NCBI GenBank assembly: GCA_913045315.1
Contig: CAJWQJ010000003.1
Coordinates: 31,732-95,731 of the forward strand
DNA from: an uncultured Chloroflexota bacterium
Lineage (GTDB): Bacteria; Chloroflexota; Dehalococcoidia; Lucifugimonadales; UBA1127
DNA: 64,000 bases
Direction of reading: 5' to 3'
The notes beneath the pieces are model-generated. The model searched no databases, was not told the origin of the DNA, and saw only the letters and a list, made by a program, of their open reading frames with translations. A program made the position numbers and the translations under genes. This document shows positions 18,761-29,393 of the stretch, piece after piece. How positions within the stretch are numbered: the stretch's first letter is position 1; every line of letters begins with the position of its first letter.

Positions 18761-20134
18761 TTATTTATCTTCGTAAACAATTTCGCCATTTCGAATCGTA
18801 TAAGCTATCTTACCTTCTAACTCCATTCCATTTAATGGAGTATTCTTTCCTTTTGACAAAAAAGTATTTGAATCAACTAACCATTTTTTATTTATATTAA
18901 TAATGGTTATATCTGCTACAGTATCTTCTTTTAAGGACTCTAATTCTTTCCATTTGGGTCCCAAAATTTTGACTGGTCCTGTTGTTAAACTAGATATGAT
19001 TGTTTCCAAAGTAATTAATTGATTTTTAGATGCTGTCGTAAGTAAACCAATAGCAGTTTCTAACCCACTAATTCCTACAGAAGCATCTTCCCATGTAGTA
19101 GCTTTATCGAAATAGCTATGCGGTGCATGATCGGTTGCTATAGCGTCAATTGTTCCGTCATTAATCGCCTTTAGAACAGCTTTATTATCTTGCTTGCTTC
19201 TTAGAGGAGGACTTACTTTAGAATTGGTATCGTATGTATTTTTTGTTACTTGGGAAAAAATATTTGGTCCCGTAAGGTCTTTTTTTTCATTATCACCCCA
19301 ACCCATTATCCAGTCTTCTGATAATAGAATGTGATGTGGGGTAGCTTCTGCGGTTATATTAATTTTCCGCTTTTTGGCATCCCTGATTAAACGGACCGAA
19401 CCTTCAGTACTTATATGAGCTAAGTGAAGTTTACCCCCTGTTATTCGTGCCATTTCTATATCACGAGCCACCATCATTTCTTCAGCTATAGAAGGTGAGG
19501 AAGGTAAACCCAGACGACTTGATACCCAGCCTTCATTTATTCCTTTGCCGGTAACTAATTCAGGATCTTCACAATGAGTAATTATGGGTAATTCAGTTAT
19601 AGTACTGTATGAAAGAGCTTCTCTGAGCAGATCGGGTCTTTTTAAAGCGTCTCCATCATCACTAAATCCTATTACGCCAGCTTGAGCTAGGTCAGACATT
19701 TCTACAATAGAATTGCCTGCACGGTTTGTAGTTATGCTTGCAATGGGTAGTATTCTAATTTTGGTGCGGTCACCAATTCTTATAATATCCCTAACTACTG
19801 GTGCATTATCAGGACAAGGATTAGTATTCGGCATGGAACAAATTGTAGTGAATCCACCCTTTGCCGCTGCTTGAGCTCCTGTAAGTATAGTTTCTTTATG
19901 TTCGAATCCAGGTTCGCGTAAATGTGTGTGAATGTCGATAAAGCCTGGACATATTACCATCCCTTCACAATCAATCATTAAACAATCATTTGGAAGAGGT
20001 TTGGGAACAGCATTTTTGGGTATTAAACTTTGTATTTTACCGTTTGATATTAGTAGACTACCTTCAAAATCTATTTTTTGTGAAGGGTCAATTATTCGTC
20101 CATTATTTAAGAATATGGATTTATTCATTAACAT
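18761..20134 (-). CDS. pyrC: Dihydroorotase
   Basis: DIHTHLREPG, AAAKGGFTT, MPNT, HCED, ATDHAPH, SKGKNTP. Confidence 0.96.
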   Translation of the reverse strand: MLMNKSIFLNNGRIIDPSQKIDFEGSLLISNGKIQSLIPKNAVPKPLPNDCLMIDCEGMVICPGFIDIHTHLREPGFEHKETILTGAQAAAKGGFTTICSMPNTNPCPDNAPVVRDIIRIGDRTKIRILPIASITTNRAGNSIVEMSDLAQAGVIGFSDDGDALKRPDLLREALSYSTITELPIITHCEDPELVTGKGINEGWVSSRLGLPSSPSIAEEMMVARDIEMARITGGKLHLAHISTEGSVRLIRDAKKRKINITAEATPHHILLSEDWIMGWGDNEKKDLTGPNIFSQVTKNTYDTNSKVSPPLRSKQDNKAVLKAINDGTIDAIATDHAPHSYFDKATTWEDASVGISGLETAIGLLTTASKNQLITLETIISSLTTGPVKILGPKWKELESLKEDTVADITIININKKWLVDSNTFLSKGKNTPLNGMELEGKIAYTIRNGEIVYEDK

Positions 20135-21143
20135 CCCTACCTTTATTAGTCATAAGAAGTAATATTGCCATCCTTATTGCAATACTATTGGATACTTGTT
20201 CTTGAACTACTGAATTGGTTGAATAAGCCACTTCTGGGCTGATTTCAACTCCTATATTCATTGGGCCAGGGTGCATGAGAAGAACATTAGTTGAAGCCTT
20301 TGCAAGGCGGTCAGTTGTTACTTGCCAAAGATTTGCATACTCTCTAAGGCTAGGTAATAGACCCTTTGAATGGCGTTCTGATTGTAGTCTTAAGGTCATT
20401 ACTACGTCAGCATCGATTATGGCTTGATCGAGATCAGGCATAATCGATACTTTATTGAAAGGATTAGAATCAACCCTATATTGTTTTCCAAATAGATCCC
20501 AGGGAATCAGGTTTGGAGGTCCAGAAATAATTGGCTTAGCTCCTAAAGTACACAAAGCTAATAAATTTGATCTAGCAACTCTGCTATGTGCAACATCACC
20601 TACAATTAAAACTTTTTTGTCTTTTAAGGATTTCATGTGTTGAGCTAATGTAAACATATCTGCAAGAGCTTGAGTGGGATGAGCATGTGATCCATCTCCA
20701 GCATTAATTACCAGTGTTTTTTCTAAATGTTTTGCTGCCATATATGGAGCTCCAGAGTGATTGTGGCGAATAACTAAAAGATCAATGTTGTTTGATTGGA
20801 GAGTTAACATAGTGTCGTAAAAAGATTCTCCTTTTCTGGTGCTACTATTATCAACAGATAAATTTATTACGTCAGCTGAAAGCATTTTTCCAGCAGCTTC
20901 AAAAGAAATTCTTGTTCGAGTACTTGGTTCATAGAATAATGTGGCAATCGTTATTCCCTTAAGAAGAGATGATTTTTTTGGCCCAACTGTGTAAATTTTT
21001 TTCATTCTATTAGCTATAGAAAAAGTTAATTCGAAATCTTGTTGAGAGAAAGTATCTACATCCAATAAATGCGGTGTAATAACAGGACTATCTTCTCTAT
21101 ATACTTTATCAAAATGGTGCAAATTTTTTTGCATAAAATGCAT
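20121..21143 (-). CDS. pyrB: Aspartate carbamoyltransferase catalytic subunit
   Basis: FYEPSTRTRISF, NAGDGSHAHPTQAL, HSRVARSN, LRLQSER, MHPGPMN. Confidence 0.97.
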   Translation of the reverse strand: MHFMQKNLHHFDKVYREDSPVITPHLLDVDTFSQQDFELTFSIANRMKKIYTVGPKKSSLLKGITIATLFYEPSTRTRISFEAAGKMLSADVINLSVDNSSTRKGESFYDTMLTLQSNNIDLLVIRHNHSGAPYMAAKHLEKTLVINAGDGSHAHPTQALADMFTLAQHMKSLKDKKVLIVGDVAHSRVARSNLLALCTLGAKPIISGPPNLIPWDLFGKQYRVDSNPFNKVSIMPDLDQAIIDADVVMTLRLQSERHSKGLLPSLREYANLWQVTTDRLAKASTNVLLMHPGPMNIGVEISPEVAYSTNSVVQEQVSNSIAIRMAILLLMTNKGRDVNE

Positions 21144-21183
21144 TTAAGTAATTCTCTCCAAAATATTTTTATTATTAGTAAAA

Positions 21184-21729
21184 TTAATCATATTGTTCCA
21201 ATAAAACTTCATCTTTGGAATCAACCTCCAAAAGTGAAACTTTTATTTTTTCTGATAAAGCACTTGGAACATTTTTTCCTACATAGTCGGCTCTAATTGG
21301 CAACTGTCTATGTCCTCTGTCTATCAGAACAGCTAGTTGTATAGTATCAGGTCTGCCGATATCAATAATTGCGTCCATTGCAGCTCGAATTGATCTACCT
21401 GTATAAAGAACATCATCTACAAGAATCACATTTTGCTGGTCAACCATTTCAAAATCAGGAACAGGTAAATTTTTTAAATTTAATGGATTCTGGTGCTTAT
21501 AGGTTGCATCATCTCTATATGTAGAGATATCTAAACATCCAACTGGGACATTCACGCTTTCAAAAATATTAATTAATTCAGCTAATCTTTTTGCTATAGG
21601 AAAGCCTCTTGTATGAACTCCAACTAAAGACAACTTATTTGGTCCATCTAATCGTTCAAGCATTTCATGGGCAATTCTAGAAAAAGCCCGTCGCATCTCA
21701 TTCTCGTTCATAATTTGTTTAGCATTCAT
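21184..21729 (-). CDS. pyrR: Pyrimidine attenuation regulator / uracil phosphoribosyltransferase PyrR
   Basis: RIAHEMLE, LDISTYRDD, LVDDVLYTGRSIRAA, DRGHRQLPIRADYVGKN. Confidence 0.97.
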   Translation of the reverse strand: MNAKQIMNENEMRRAFSRIAHEMLERLDGPNKLSLVGVHTRGFPIAKRLAELINIFESVNVPVGCLDISTYRDDATYKHQNPLNLKNLPVPDFEMVDQQNVILVDDVLYTGRSIRAAMDAIIDIGRPDTIQLAVLIDRGHRQLPIRADYVGKNVPSALSEKIKVSLLEVDSKDEVLLEQYD

Positions 21730-21772
21730 ATAATAATTGCCCTGTATTCATTCAAATGAGAAGTTTATTTAT

Positions 21773-21804
21773 AAAAAAACCTCGCAAATTTTGCGAGGTT
21801 TTTT
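21773..21804 (-). terminator. Attenuator terminator in the pyr leader
   Basis: Minus strand AAAAAACCTCGCAAAATTTGCGAGGTTTTTTT hairpin plus U tract, about 45 nt upstream of pyrR. Confidence 0.85.
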
Positions 21805-21829
21805 ATTTGTATTTTTCTTTTTAACACTT

Positions 21830-21858
21830 AGCTAGCCTCGCTGGACCACTTTAAAGTC
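21830..21858 (-). promoter_or_regulatory. PyrR-binding loop (anti-antiterminator)
   Basis: Minus strand CUUUAAAGUGGUCCAGCGAGGCUAGC matches the PyrR site consensus (UUUAA...RUCCNGNGAGGYU). Confidence 0.85.
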
Positions 21859-21867
21859 TTAATAAAA

Positions 21868-21897
21868 AATATAACATTTTTAACATATAAACATCAA
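21868..21897 (-). promoter_or_regulatory. Putative pyr operon promoter
   Basis: TTGATG, 18 nt, TATATT with extended TGn, just upstream of the PyrR loop. Confidence 0.5.
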
Positions 21898-22057
21898 CTA
21901 AAAACTAAAAAATTTATTTGCAAATGCTTTAATGATGATAAAATGAAATGTATAATCTAAATTAATAAATGCGTAAATTTATTTTATTCCTTTGTTGGTT
22001 CTATTTTATTATTCTAGGGATAATTTATATTAAATTATTACTAATTTGGTGGAATTG

Positions 22058-23362
22058 ATGTCAAAGAAATATAGTCAAGATATCCAACAAATAATAGGTC
22101 GTGAAATATTAGATTCTCGAGGAATTCCTACTGTATCTGTTGAGGTTCATCTGGGAGATGGTTCAATAGGTATTGCTTCTGTTCCTTCTGGGGCTAGCAC
22201 TGGTCGCCACGAAGCTGTTGAACTTCGAGACGGTGATCCTGATCGATTTTTTGGGTCTGGAGTTCTGAAGGCAATTTTTAATATTAATACCACTATTAAT
22301 ACGAGTTTAGCTGGTTCTAATGCTTATGAACAAATCAATATTGATCAGAAGCTTATAGATTTGGATGGTACGGAAAATAAGTCAAATCTTGGTGCTAATG
22401 CTACTTTGGGTGTTTCACTGGCTGTAGCTCAGGCCTCAGCTGTTTCGAAAAAAATTCCATTATATAAATATCTTGGTATGAAAGAAACAACAAACCTTCC
22501 TGTTCCACTTTTTAATATTCTTAATGGTGGTAAACATGCTCAAAACTCCACTGATTTTCAGGAATTCATGATTGTTCCATTAGGGATTAATTCATTCCCT
22601 GATGCCTTACGTGCTGGTTCTGAAATTTATTATTCTTTGAAAAAATTTCTTAATTCTGAAGGGTTAGGTTCAAATGTTGGTGATGAGGGTGGTTTTGCTC
22701 CTTCTTTAAAAACCAACCGAGAAGCTCTTGAGGTTATAATGATTGCTATCAATAATGCTGGATATACAGCTGGAAAAGATATTTATTTGGCTTTGGATGT
22801 TGCTGCAACAGAATTATTTGAGGATGGTAAATATTTTCTCTCGAGAGAAATGAAATCATATAAGTCTCCTGAAATGGTTCAGTATTATAAAGAATTGATT
22901 GAAAACTTTCCTGTTATCAGTATTGAAGATGGAATGGCAGAAGATGATTGGGAAGGATGGAGTATGTTAACTCAAATTATTGGCCATAAAGTTCAACTGG
23001 TGGGAGATGACCTCTTTACTACAAATACTGAAAGAATTCAAAAGGGGATCAATGAAAATTCAGCTAATTCGGTTTTGATAAAACTCAATCAGATAGGAAC
23101 TCTTTCAGAGACTTTATCAGCTGTTAACATGACTCAAGCTGCAGGATGGAGTGCAATCATTAGTCATCGTTCAGGTGAAACAGAGGATACTTTTATAGCT
23201 GATCTTTCTGTATCTACATCCGCAGGTCAGATAAAAACCGGGGCACCTGCACGATCTGAACGGAACGCAAAATATAACCGATTGTTAAAAATTTCTAATG
23301 AAATTTACGACCACTCATCTTATGGAAGTAATGCGCTGGAGGCATTTTCGAAAAAGTTTTAA
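22058..23362 (+). CDS. eno: Enolase
   Basis: [48 protein letters not shown]; ATG at 22058 preferred. Confidence 0.98.
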   Translation: MSKKYSQDIQQIIGREILDSRGIPTVSVEVHLGDGSIGIASVPSGASTGRHEAVELRDGDPDRFFGSGVLKAIFNINTTINTSLAGSNAYEQINIDQKLIDLDGTENKSNLGANATLGVSLAVAQASAVSKKIPLYKYLGMKETTNLPVPLFNILNGGKHAQNSTDFQEFMIVPLGINSFPDALRAGSEIYYSLKKFLNSEGLGSNVGDEGGFAPSLKTNREALEVIMIAINNAGYTAGKDIYLALDVAATELFEDGKYFLSREMKSYKSPEMVQYYKELIENFPVISIEDGMAEDDWEGWSMLTQIIGHKVQLVGDDLFTTNTERIQKGINENSANSVLIKLNQIGTLSETLSAVNMTQAAGWSAIISHRSGETEDTFIADLSVSTSAGQIKTGAPARSERNAKYNRLLKISNEIYDHSSYGSNALEAFSKKF

Positions 23363-23400
23363 TTTGATACCATATAATTATTATTACACGGGGGGTAATC

Positions 23401-24414
23401 GTGACAATAAAAATAGGGATTAATGGGTTTGGAAGAATTGGGCGACAAGTTTTCAAAGCGATTCAAGATAGATATCCATCGAGTTTGCAGGTTGTAGCCG
23501 TTAATGATTTGACAAATACTAATACTAATGCACATCTGCTTAAATATGATACTAACTATGGGCGTTTTCCTGGAACTGTTGAAGCGACTGAGGATAGTCT
23601 TGTAGTTAACGGGAACACAATTCGTGTTCATTCTGAGCGGGATCCAGGACTAATACCATGGGGTGAATCAGGAGTCGAAATTGTTGTAGAGTCTACTGGT
23701 GTTTTTACGGATGCAAGTAAGGCACGTCTTCATGTGCATGATACTGTAAAAAAGGTTATTATTTCTGCGCCAGCTACTGGAGAGGATCTTACTGTAGTTT
23801 TAGGAGTGAATGAAGATAAATATGATCCTGCAAATCATCATGTTGTATCGAATGCATCTTGCACAACTAATTGTGTTGCTCCTCTGGCAAAAGTTCTTAA
23901 TGATTCTTTCGGCATTTCCAATGCGTTGATGTCAACTATTCATGCTTATACCAATGATCAAAGTATTTTGGATGTGGTTCATAGTGATTTGAGACGAGCT
24001 CGAGCAGCTGCTATGAATATTATACCTACAAGTACAGGTGCAGCTAGAGCAGTTGGAATAGTAATCCCTGAGTTACAAGGAAATATACATGGGATGGCAT
24101 ACAGAGTTCCTGTTTCATCAGTTTCGGTTACTGATCTTGTTGCCACGACCAATAAAAAAGTAAGTGTAGAAGATCTTAAAGAAGCATACGCACAAGCAGC
24201 TTCTGGTTCTTTAAAAGGGATACTTGACTACTGTGATGAACCTTTAGTCAGCAGTGATTTTAAAGAAGATACTCATTCTTGTATATTTGATGCTCCAAGT
24301 GCTATGGTCATAGGTGACAATCTGGTAAAGGTAGTTGGATGGTACGATAATGAATGGGGATATTCTTGCAGAACAAGTGACTTGTGTGATTTTATAGCTC
24401 AAAAGGGCTTTTAG
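23401..24414 (+). CDS. gap: Type I glyceraldehyde-3-phosphate dehydrogenase
   Basis: [28 protein letters not shown]. Confidence 0.99.
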   Translation: MTIKIGINGFGRIGRQVFKAIQDRYPSSLQVVAVNDLTNTNTNAHLLKYDTNYGRFPGTVEATEDSLVVNGNTIRVHSERDPGLIPWGESGVEIVVESTGVFTDASKARLHVHDTVKKVIISAPATGEDLTVVLGVNEDKYDPANHHVVSNASCTTNCVAPLAKVLNDSFGISNALMSTIHAYTNDQSILDVVHSDLRRARAAAMNIIPTSTGAARAVGIVIPELQGNIHGMAYRVPVSSVSVTDLVATTNKKVSVEDLKEAYAQAASGSLKGILDYCDEPLVSSDFKEDTHSCIFDAPSAMVIGDNLVKVVGWYDNEWGYSCRTSDLCDFIAQKGF

Positions 24415-24423
24415 GTTTACAAC

Positions 24424-26595
24424 TTGAAGTCAGACCTCCTGACTAAACTTAACAAGCAGCAATTATTGGCTGTAACTAATGATTCAGGACCTTTACTGGT
24501 AATTGCTGGCCCGGGAAGTGGTAAGACGCGTGTTATTGTTCATCGTGTCGCTTTTCTTATCAGTGAAAAACAAGTAAAACCAGATGAAATAATGGTTGTT
24601 ACTTTTACTAACAAGGCTTCCCGAGAACTTAAAGATCGATTGAATGGGTTGCTTGGTCAATATGATGCATCAAGGATTATTTCTGGAACTTTCCATTCTA
24701 TAGCATCCAAAATGCTGAGAATTAATGGAGATTCGATAGGTATTGCAAATAATTTCAGCATCTATGACAGAGAAGATCAGATTTCGATAGTTAGACAAGC
24801 ATGTGAATTAGTGGAAGTTGATACAAAACGCTATAATCCCTCAATTTTCCTAAGTATAATCTCAAATGCTAAATCAAAAATGATTGATCCGATATTAAAC
24901 CAAGCAACTTCAGATTCATTGTTTGATAAATTAGCAGCTAATGTTTATTTAGAATATGAAAAATTATTACACGATAATCAAGCATTAGATTTTGATGATC
25001 TGCTTTTACGTGCATGTACTCTTTTTGAAAAATCACCATTGGTTCTTGCTGATCTCCAAAATCGAATAAAATATCTGCTTGTTGATGAATTTCAGGATAC
25101 AAATTTTGTTCAATATAAATTTGCAAAACAATTGACAGGCGATAGTCAGAATATTTGTGTTGTGGGTGACCCTGACCAATCTATTTATTCCTGGAGGAAT
25201 GCTGATCTGAGGAATATATTGAATTTTCAAAAGGATTTCAAAAATTGCACTGTAGTAAAATTAGTCGAGAATTATCGGTCAACATCTAATATTCTTAATG
25301 CATCTCAAGCACTTATCAGCCAAAACAGTAATCGAATAACTAATGATATAGAAACTTATAATCCTGAAGGAACTCCGATCGAATTGCACGTGGCAGAAAA
25401 TGAATATGATGAAGCAAGTATAATTACCGAAAAGATAAAAAAACTTAGATTGGAAGGGTTTTCCTATGAAAACTTTGCAGTTACCTATAGGGTTAATGCA
25501 CAGTCAAGAGCTTTTGAAGAGGCTTTTGTAAGAAATGGAGTGCCATATAAATTAATTGGAGCATTGAAATTTTATCAGAGAAGAGAAATCAAAGACATTA
25601 TTGCGTATTTAAGAATTATTCAAAATTCCAATGATGATAATAGTATGCTTCGTGTTATCAATGTACCACCAAGAGGAATTGGAGAACGAACAGTTACTGC
25701 CCTAAAAAATCTTGCAAATCTGAATGGTGATTCCGTATGTCATGCACTTCTAAATCTAGATGAAACTGTGTTGAATATTCATAAAACTGGAATTAAATCC
25801 CTGAAAAATTTTCAAGGAATTTTAAATGAAGTAATTGAAGAAAGCTTAAGCGATCACAGTTTGACCTCATTACTGGATAAAATTTTATCTATCACTGGAT
25901 ATCGTGAACATATTTTGCGTGAACTCGAGGGTTCTGAGGAACGATGGGAAAATATTGGCGAATTAAGATCTATAGCCGGACAATTCGACGATATTCAACC
26001 CAATGAAGCACTTAATGCATTTTTAGACCAAGTTGCATTAGTGACTGCTGAAGATGATCCATCTAGTGATTCTAATGAATCTGTTACTCTTATTACTTTG
26101 CATCAAACAAAAGGGTTAGAATTTCCAGTAGTTTTTATACCTGGGCTTGAGGAAGGATTGTTACCTCATAGTAGATCCATGGATAGTTTTGATGAGATTG
26201 AAGAAGAACGACGTCTTTTCTATGTAGGGATAACACGAGCAATTTCAAATTTGTATTTGTCTTGGTCAAAATACAGAACAATTTTTGGAACTACTACTCG
26301 AACAATAAGATCTCAGTTTGTAGACAATATCCCAGAGAATCTATTGAAGATCGTAAATACCAATAAATTTCAACTTGAAGAAAGATCTTTTACAAAGACA
26401 ACAAACTTGTTCGATCAGCAAAATTTATTGCCTACAATTAACGAGGGAGATAAAGTTGAACATTTTAAATTTGGCAAAGGTGTAGTTGTCCAGACAATTC
26501 CAAGATCTGGGGATTTTGAAATTGTTGTAGCCTTTAAAGTTAATGGAATTAAGCATCTTCTTTCTTCTGTAGCAAAACTAAAGGTTCTTGAGTAA
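24424..26595 (+). CDS. pcrA: UvrD/PcrA superfamily 1 DNA helicase
   Basis: AGPGSGKT, TFTNKA, VDEFQDTN, VGDPDQSIYSWR, NYRST, KGLEFP, EERRLFYVGITRA, C-terminal HFKFGKG domain. Confidence 0.95.
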   Translation: MKSDLLTKLNKQQLLAVTNDSGPLLVIAGPGSGKTRVIVHRVAFLISEKQVKPDEIMVVTFTNKASRELKDRLNGLLGQYDASRIISGTFHSIASKMLRINGDSIGIANNFSIYDREDQISIVRQACELVEVDTKRYNPSIFLSIISNAKSKMIDPILNQATSDSLFDKLAANVYLEYEKLLHDNQALDFDDLLLRACTLFEKSPLVLADLQNRIKYLLVDEFQDTNFVQYKFAKQLTGDSQNICVVGDPDQSIYSWRNADLRNILNFQKDFKNCTVVKLVENYRSTSNILNASQALISQNSNRITNDIETYNPEGTPIELHVAENEYDEASIITEKIKKLRLEGFSYENFAVTYRVNAQSRAFEEAFVRNGVPYKLIGALKFYQRREIKDIIAYLRIIQNSNDDNSMLRVINVPPRGIGERTVTALKNLANLNGDSVCHALLNLDETVLNIHKTGIKSLKNFQGILNEVIEESLSDHSLTSLLDKILSITGYREHILRELEGSEERWENIGELRSIAGQFDDIQPNEALNAFLDQVALVTAEDDPSSDSNESVTLITLHQTKGLEFPVVFIPGLEEGLLPHSRSMDSFDEIEEERRLFYVGITRAISNLYLSWSKYRTIFGTTTRTIRSQFVDNIPENLLKIVNTNKFQLEERSFTKTTNLFDQQNLLPTINEGDKVEHFKFGKGVVVQTIPRSGDFEIVVAFKVNGIKHLLSSVAKLKVLE

Positions 26596-26603
26596 AGGTA
26601 TTT

Positions 26604-27548
26604 ATGAATAGAAATGATTTGTTTGTAAATAGTGGAAATGGTATGGTTTTTCACCAACAAAAAAGTTGGTCAGAATCATTTGAAATATTTGGCATGTCAT
26701 TAAATTACAAACAGATTGGGAATTTTGCTATTGTGCTTGGATCTCCATGGAATGTTTCTGGTGAATTTATTACTAATTTTGAGCAATTTTGTAATAAATC
26801 TAAATTGATACCAGTTTTCTGTGGTATCAATTCTATAAGCAAGAATTTTTTTGATAAACGGAATTATCAGATATTAAAATTGGGTGATGAAGCTATTATA
26901 GATTTGCCTTCAATGGATTTAAAAGGAAGACAATGGAGATCCTCTCGATCTGCTTTAAATAGAGCAAAAAAAAATAAATTAACATTCCAATGGGTAAAGT
27001 CTAACAAGCGTAATGCAATTATAAATGAAATATGCAAAATTTCTGACGAATGGTTGCAAAAACGTTCACTACCTGAACTTGGATTTGTTATGGGAACTTT
27101 TCAGGATGCTCGCAAGTCAGATTTACTAGCAATAGCTCGTGAATCTGATGGTACCATTTGTGGGTTTGCTACATGGAACCCTATTCCTGGTTCGCAAGGC
27201 TGGATGTTGGATCTTATGAGAAGTAAAGATAATGTAATGAATGGATTAAATGATTTTTTACTTACTAAGTCGCTGTTATTTTTTCAAAAATCAGGTTGTT
27301 CTATTGCTAGTTTAGGAGGAGTTCCTCTTTCGAATTGGAATTCAGAAAATCAGGGAATTACTCGAAAATTCATGGATATTATTTTTGAATATTGTAATAT
27401 TGTTTACCCATTTAAAAGGTTGTGGAATTTCAAAGAAAAATTTAATCCTCACTGGCAACCTATGTATTTGGCAATCGGTTCAAAAGGATCGAAAATATTA
27501 CCTTTATTAGCGGTTTTTCGAGCCTGTATTTTGCCTAAGTCTAATTAG
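26604..27548 (+). CDS. Stand-alone DUF2156 / aminoacyl-phosphatidylglycerol synthase catalytic-domain protein
   Basis: VLGSP, KLGDEAIIDL, LKGRQWRSSR..NR, ISDEWL, ELGF.MG, LDLMR...NG..DFL, SLGGVPL, FKEKFNPHWQPMYL; no transmembrane domain. Confidence 0.88.
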   Translation: MNRNDLFVNSGNGMVFHQQKSWSESFEIFGMSLNYKQIGNFAIVLGSPWNVSGEFITNFEQFCNKSKLIPVFCGINSISKNFFDKRNYQILKLGDEAIIDLPSMDLKGRQWRSSRSALNRAKKNKLTFQWVKSNKRNAIINEICKISDEWLQKRSLPELGFVMGTFQDARKSDLLAIARESDGTICGFATWNPIPGSQGWMLDLMRSKDNVMNGLNDFLLTKSLLFFQKSGCSIASLGGVPLSNWNSENQGITRKFMDIIFEYCNIVYPFKRLWNFKEKFNPHWQPMYLAIGSKGSKILPLLAVFRACILPKSN

Positions 27549-27558
27549 AATATTTATT

Positions 27559-29205
27559 TTAGTATTCGCCAAATACAGTTCTTAAAGAATCCATCATTTC
27601 ACCAAGAGTAGCTAATGCTTCTACAGATTGAATTAAAGCTGGCATAACATTTTTTTGAGATTTTGCTACTTTTTCTAGATCATTTAAGGCTCGGGAGACT
27701 GCTTTATTGTCCCGTGTGCGTTTTAGTTCATTAAGTCGATGGATTTGTTCATTTTTACCTTCCTCATCGACTTTCAGTAGAGGTATTTCAATCATATCGT
27801 CAGTGGTATATTTGTTTACTCCGACTATAACACGTTCTCTGGATTCAAGTTGTCGTTGCAATTGATATGATGATTCTGCAATTTCTTGTACAATGTAGTT
27901 ATTGTTTATACAGGCAATAATTCCACCATGGGCATCTATTTTTTTAAAATACTCTATGGAATTCTCTTCCATTTTGTTAGTGAGATTTTCAATGAAATAA
28001 CTACCACCTAAAGGGTCAACAGTATTCGCAACACCTGTTTCTTCGGCAATTACTTGTTGAGTTCTTAGTGCAGTAAGAACAGCTTCTTCTGATGGCAATG
28101 CCCAAGCTTCATCTAATGAATTTGTATGTAAGGATTGAGTTCCAGCTAATACTGCTGCAAGTGCTTGAATGGCTACTCTTGCAACGTTTAGATTTGGTTG
28201 CTGAGCAGTGAGGGATGCTCCAGCAGTTTGGGCATGGCATCTAAGACGTAATGTTCTTGGATCTGTTGCGTGATATTTTTCTTTTAATGTTTTGGCCCAA
28301 ATTCTTCGAGCTGCTCTCATTTTTGCTATTTCCTCAAAGAAATCCATCTCGACATTCCAAAAAAAGCTGATTCGTGGTCCGAATTCATCAATTTTAAGAC
28401 CTCTTTCAATGGCCCATTCAATATATTCAAAACCATCAGCTAATGTAAAAGCTAACTCTTGAACTGCTGTCGAACCAGCTTCTCTCATGTGATAACCACT
28501 TACACTTATAGGGTTCCATTTTGGCATTTCTTTTGTTGCAAATTCGATTGTATCTGTAACTAGTCTCATCGAAGGATTGGGAGGAAAAATATACTCATTC
28601 TGTGCGTGATATTCTTTAAGAATGTCATTTTGGAGAGTTCCTCCAAGGTTAGCTATATTAATTCCTTGTTTTTGAGCTGCAACTATATACATTGCCCATA
28701 TAATTGCTGCTGGACTGTTAATTGTCATGGATGTTGTGATGGATTCAAGGGGGATACCTTCGAATAATTCTTGCATATCCCATAGTGAAGATACTGCGAC
28801 ACCACATTTACCAAACTCTCCAGCGGCACGTTCATCATCAGTATCGTAGCCGTATAATGTTGGCATATCAAATGCAGTACTTAACCCAGATTCACCATTA
28901 GCTAATAAGAATTTAAATCTTTCATTTGTGTCTTTCGGAGTTCCAAATCCTGCAAACATTCTCATCGTCCAGGTTTTACCTCGATATCCTGAAGCGTGTA
29001 CGCCTCTTGTGAAAGGAAATTCTCCTGGAAAACCGATTTGTTCAAGATACTTAGAGACATCTATGCTTTTAGGTGTGTATAAATTTTCCATAGGAAGTCC
29101 TGATAAGGTTTGATATAGACGTTGTTCTTGATTTGAATTACTAATCGCGTCTAACCAATCTTTTTCAGAAGGTTCAATTTCTTCCCATGGATATTGATTA
29201 TTCAA
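27559..29205 (-). CDS. B12-dependent acyl-CoA mutase large (substrate-binding) subunit, isobutyryl-CoA mutase-like
   Basis: [61 protein letters not shown]; no B12-binding domain. Confidence 0.92.
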   Translation of the reverse strand: MNNQYPWEEIEPSEKDWLDAISNSNQEQRLYQTLSGLPMENLYTPKSIDVSKYLEQIGFPGEFPFTRGVHASGYRGKTWTMRMFAGFGTPKDTNERFKFLLANGESGLSTAFDMPTLYGYDTDDERAAGEFGKCGVAVSSLWDMQELFEGIPLESITTSMTINSPAAIIWAMYIVAAQKQGINIANLGGTLQNDILKEYHAQNEYIFPPNPSMRLVTDTIEFATKEMPKWNPISVSGYHMREAGSTAVQELAFTLADGFEYIEWAIERGLKIDEFGPRISFFWNVEMDFFEEIAKMRAARRIWAKTLKEKYHATDPRTLRLRCHAQTAGASLTAQQPNLNVARVAIQALAAVLAGTQSLHTNSLDEAWALPSEEAVLTALRTQQVIAEETGVANTVDPLGGSYFIENLTNKMEENSIEYFKKIDAHGGIIACINNNYIVQEIAESSYQLQRQLESRERVIVGVNKYTTDDMIEIPLLKVDEEGKNEQIHRLNELKRTRDNKAVSRALNDLEKVAKSQKNVMPALIQSVEALATLGEMMDSLRTVFGEY

Positions 29206-29258
29206 TGCTGATCACACTTTTTTGTTTCTGCAAGATTTATTGATAAGTATAAAAGATA

Positions 29259-29333
29259 TGGACCGGAAGAGGGGATTCGAACCCCCGGCCTCCTCCTTGG
29301 CAAGGAGGCGTTCTACCACTGAACTACTTCCGG
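29259..29333 (-). tRNA. tRNA-Gly(GCC), CCA encoded, atypical C1-G72
   Basis: CCGGAAG-TA-GTTC AGTGGTA GAAC-G-CCTCC TTGCCAA GGAGG-AGGCC-GGGGG TTCGAAT CCCCT-CTTCCGG-T-CCA forms a complete cloverleaf. Confidence 0.95.
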
Positions 29334-29344
29334 TCGGAATAGTA

Positions 29345-29374
29345 ATTATAATTTGGGCATTCGTAAAGGGTCAA
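29345..29374 (-). promoter_or_regulatory. Putative promoter of tRNA-Gly
   Basis: TTGACC, 18 nt, TATAAT ending 11 nt upstream of the tRNA 5' end. Confidence 0.65.
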
Positions 29375-29393
29375 CAAATATTCCTTAGTTTAC

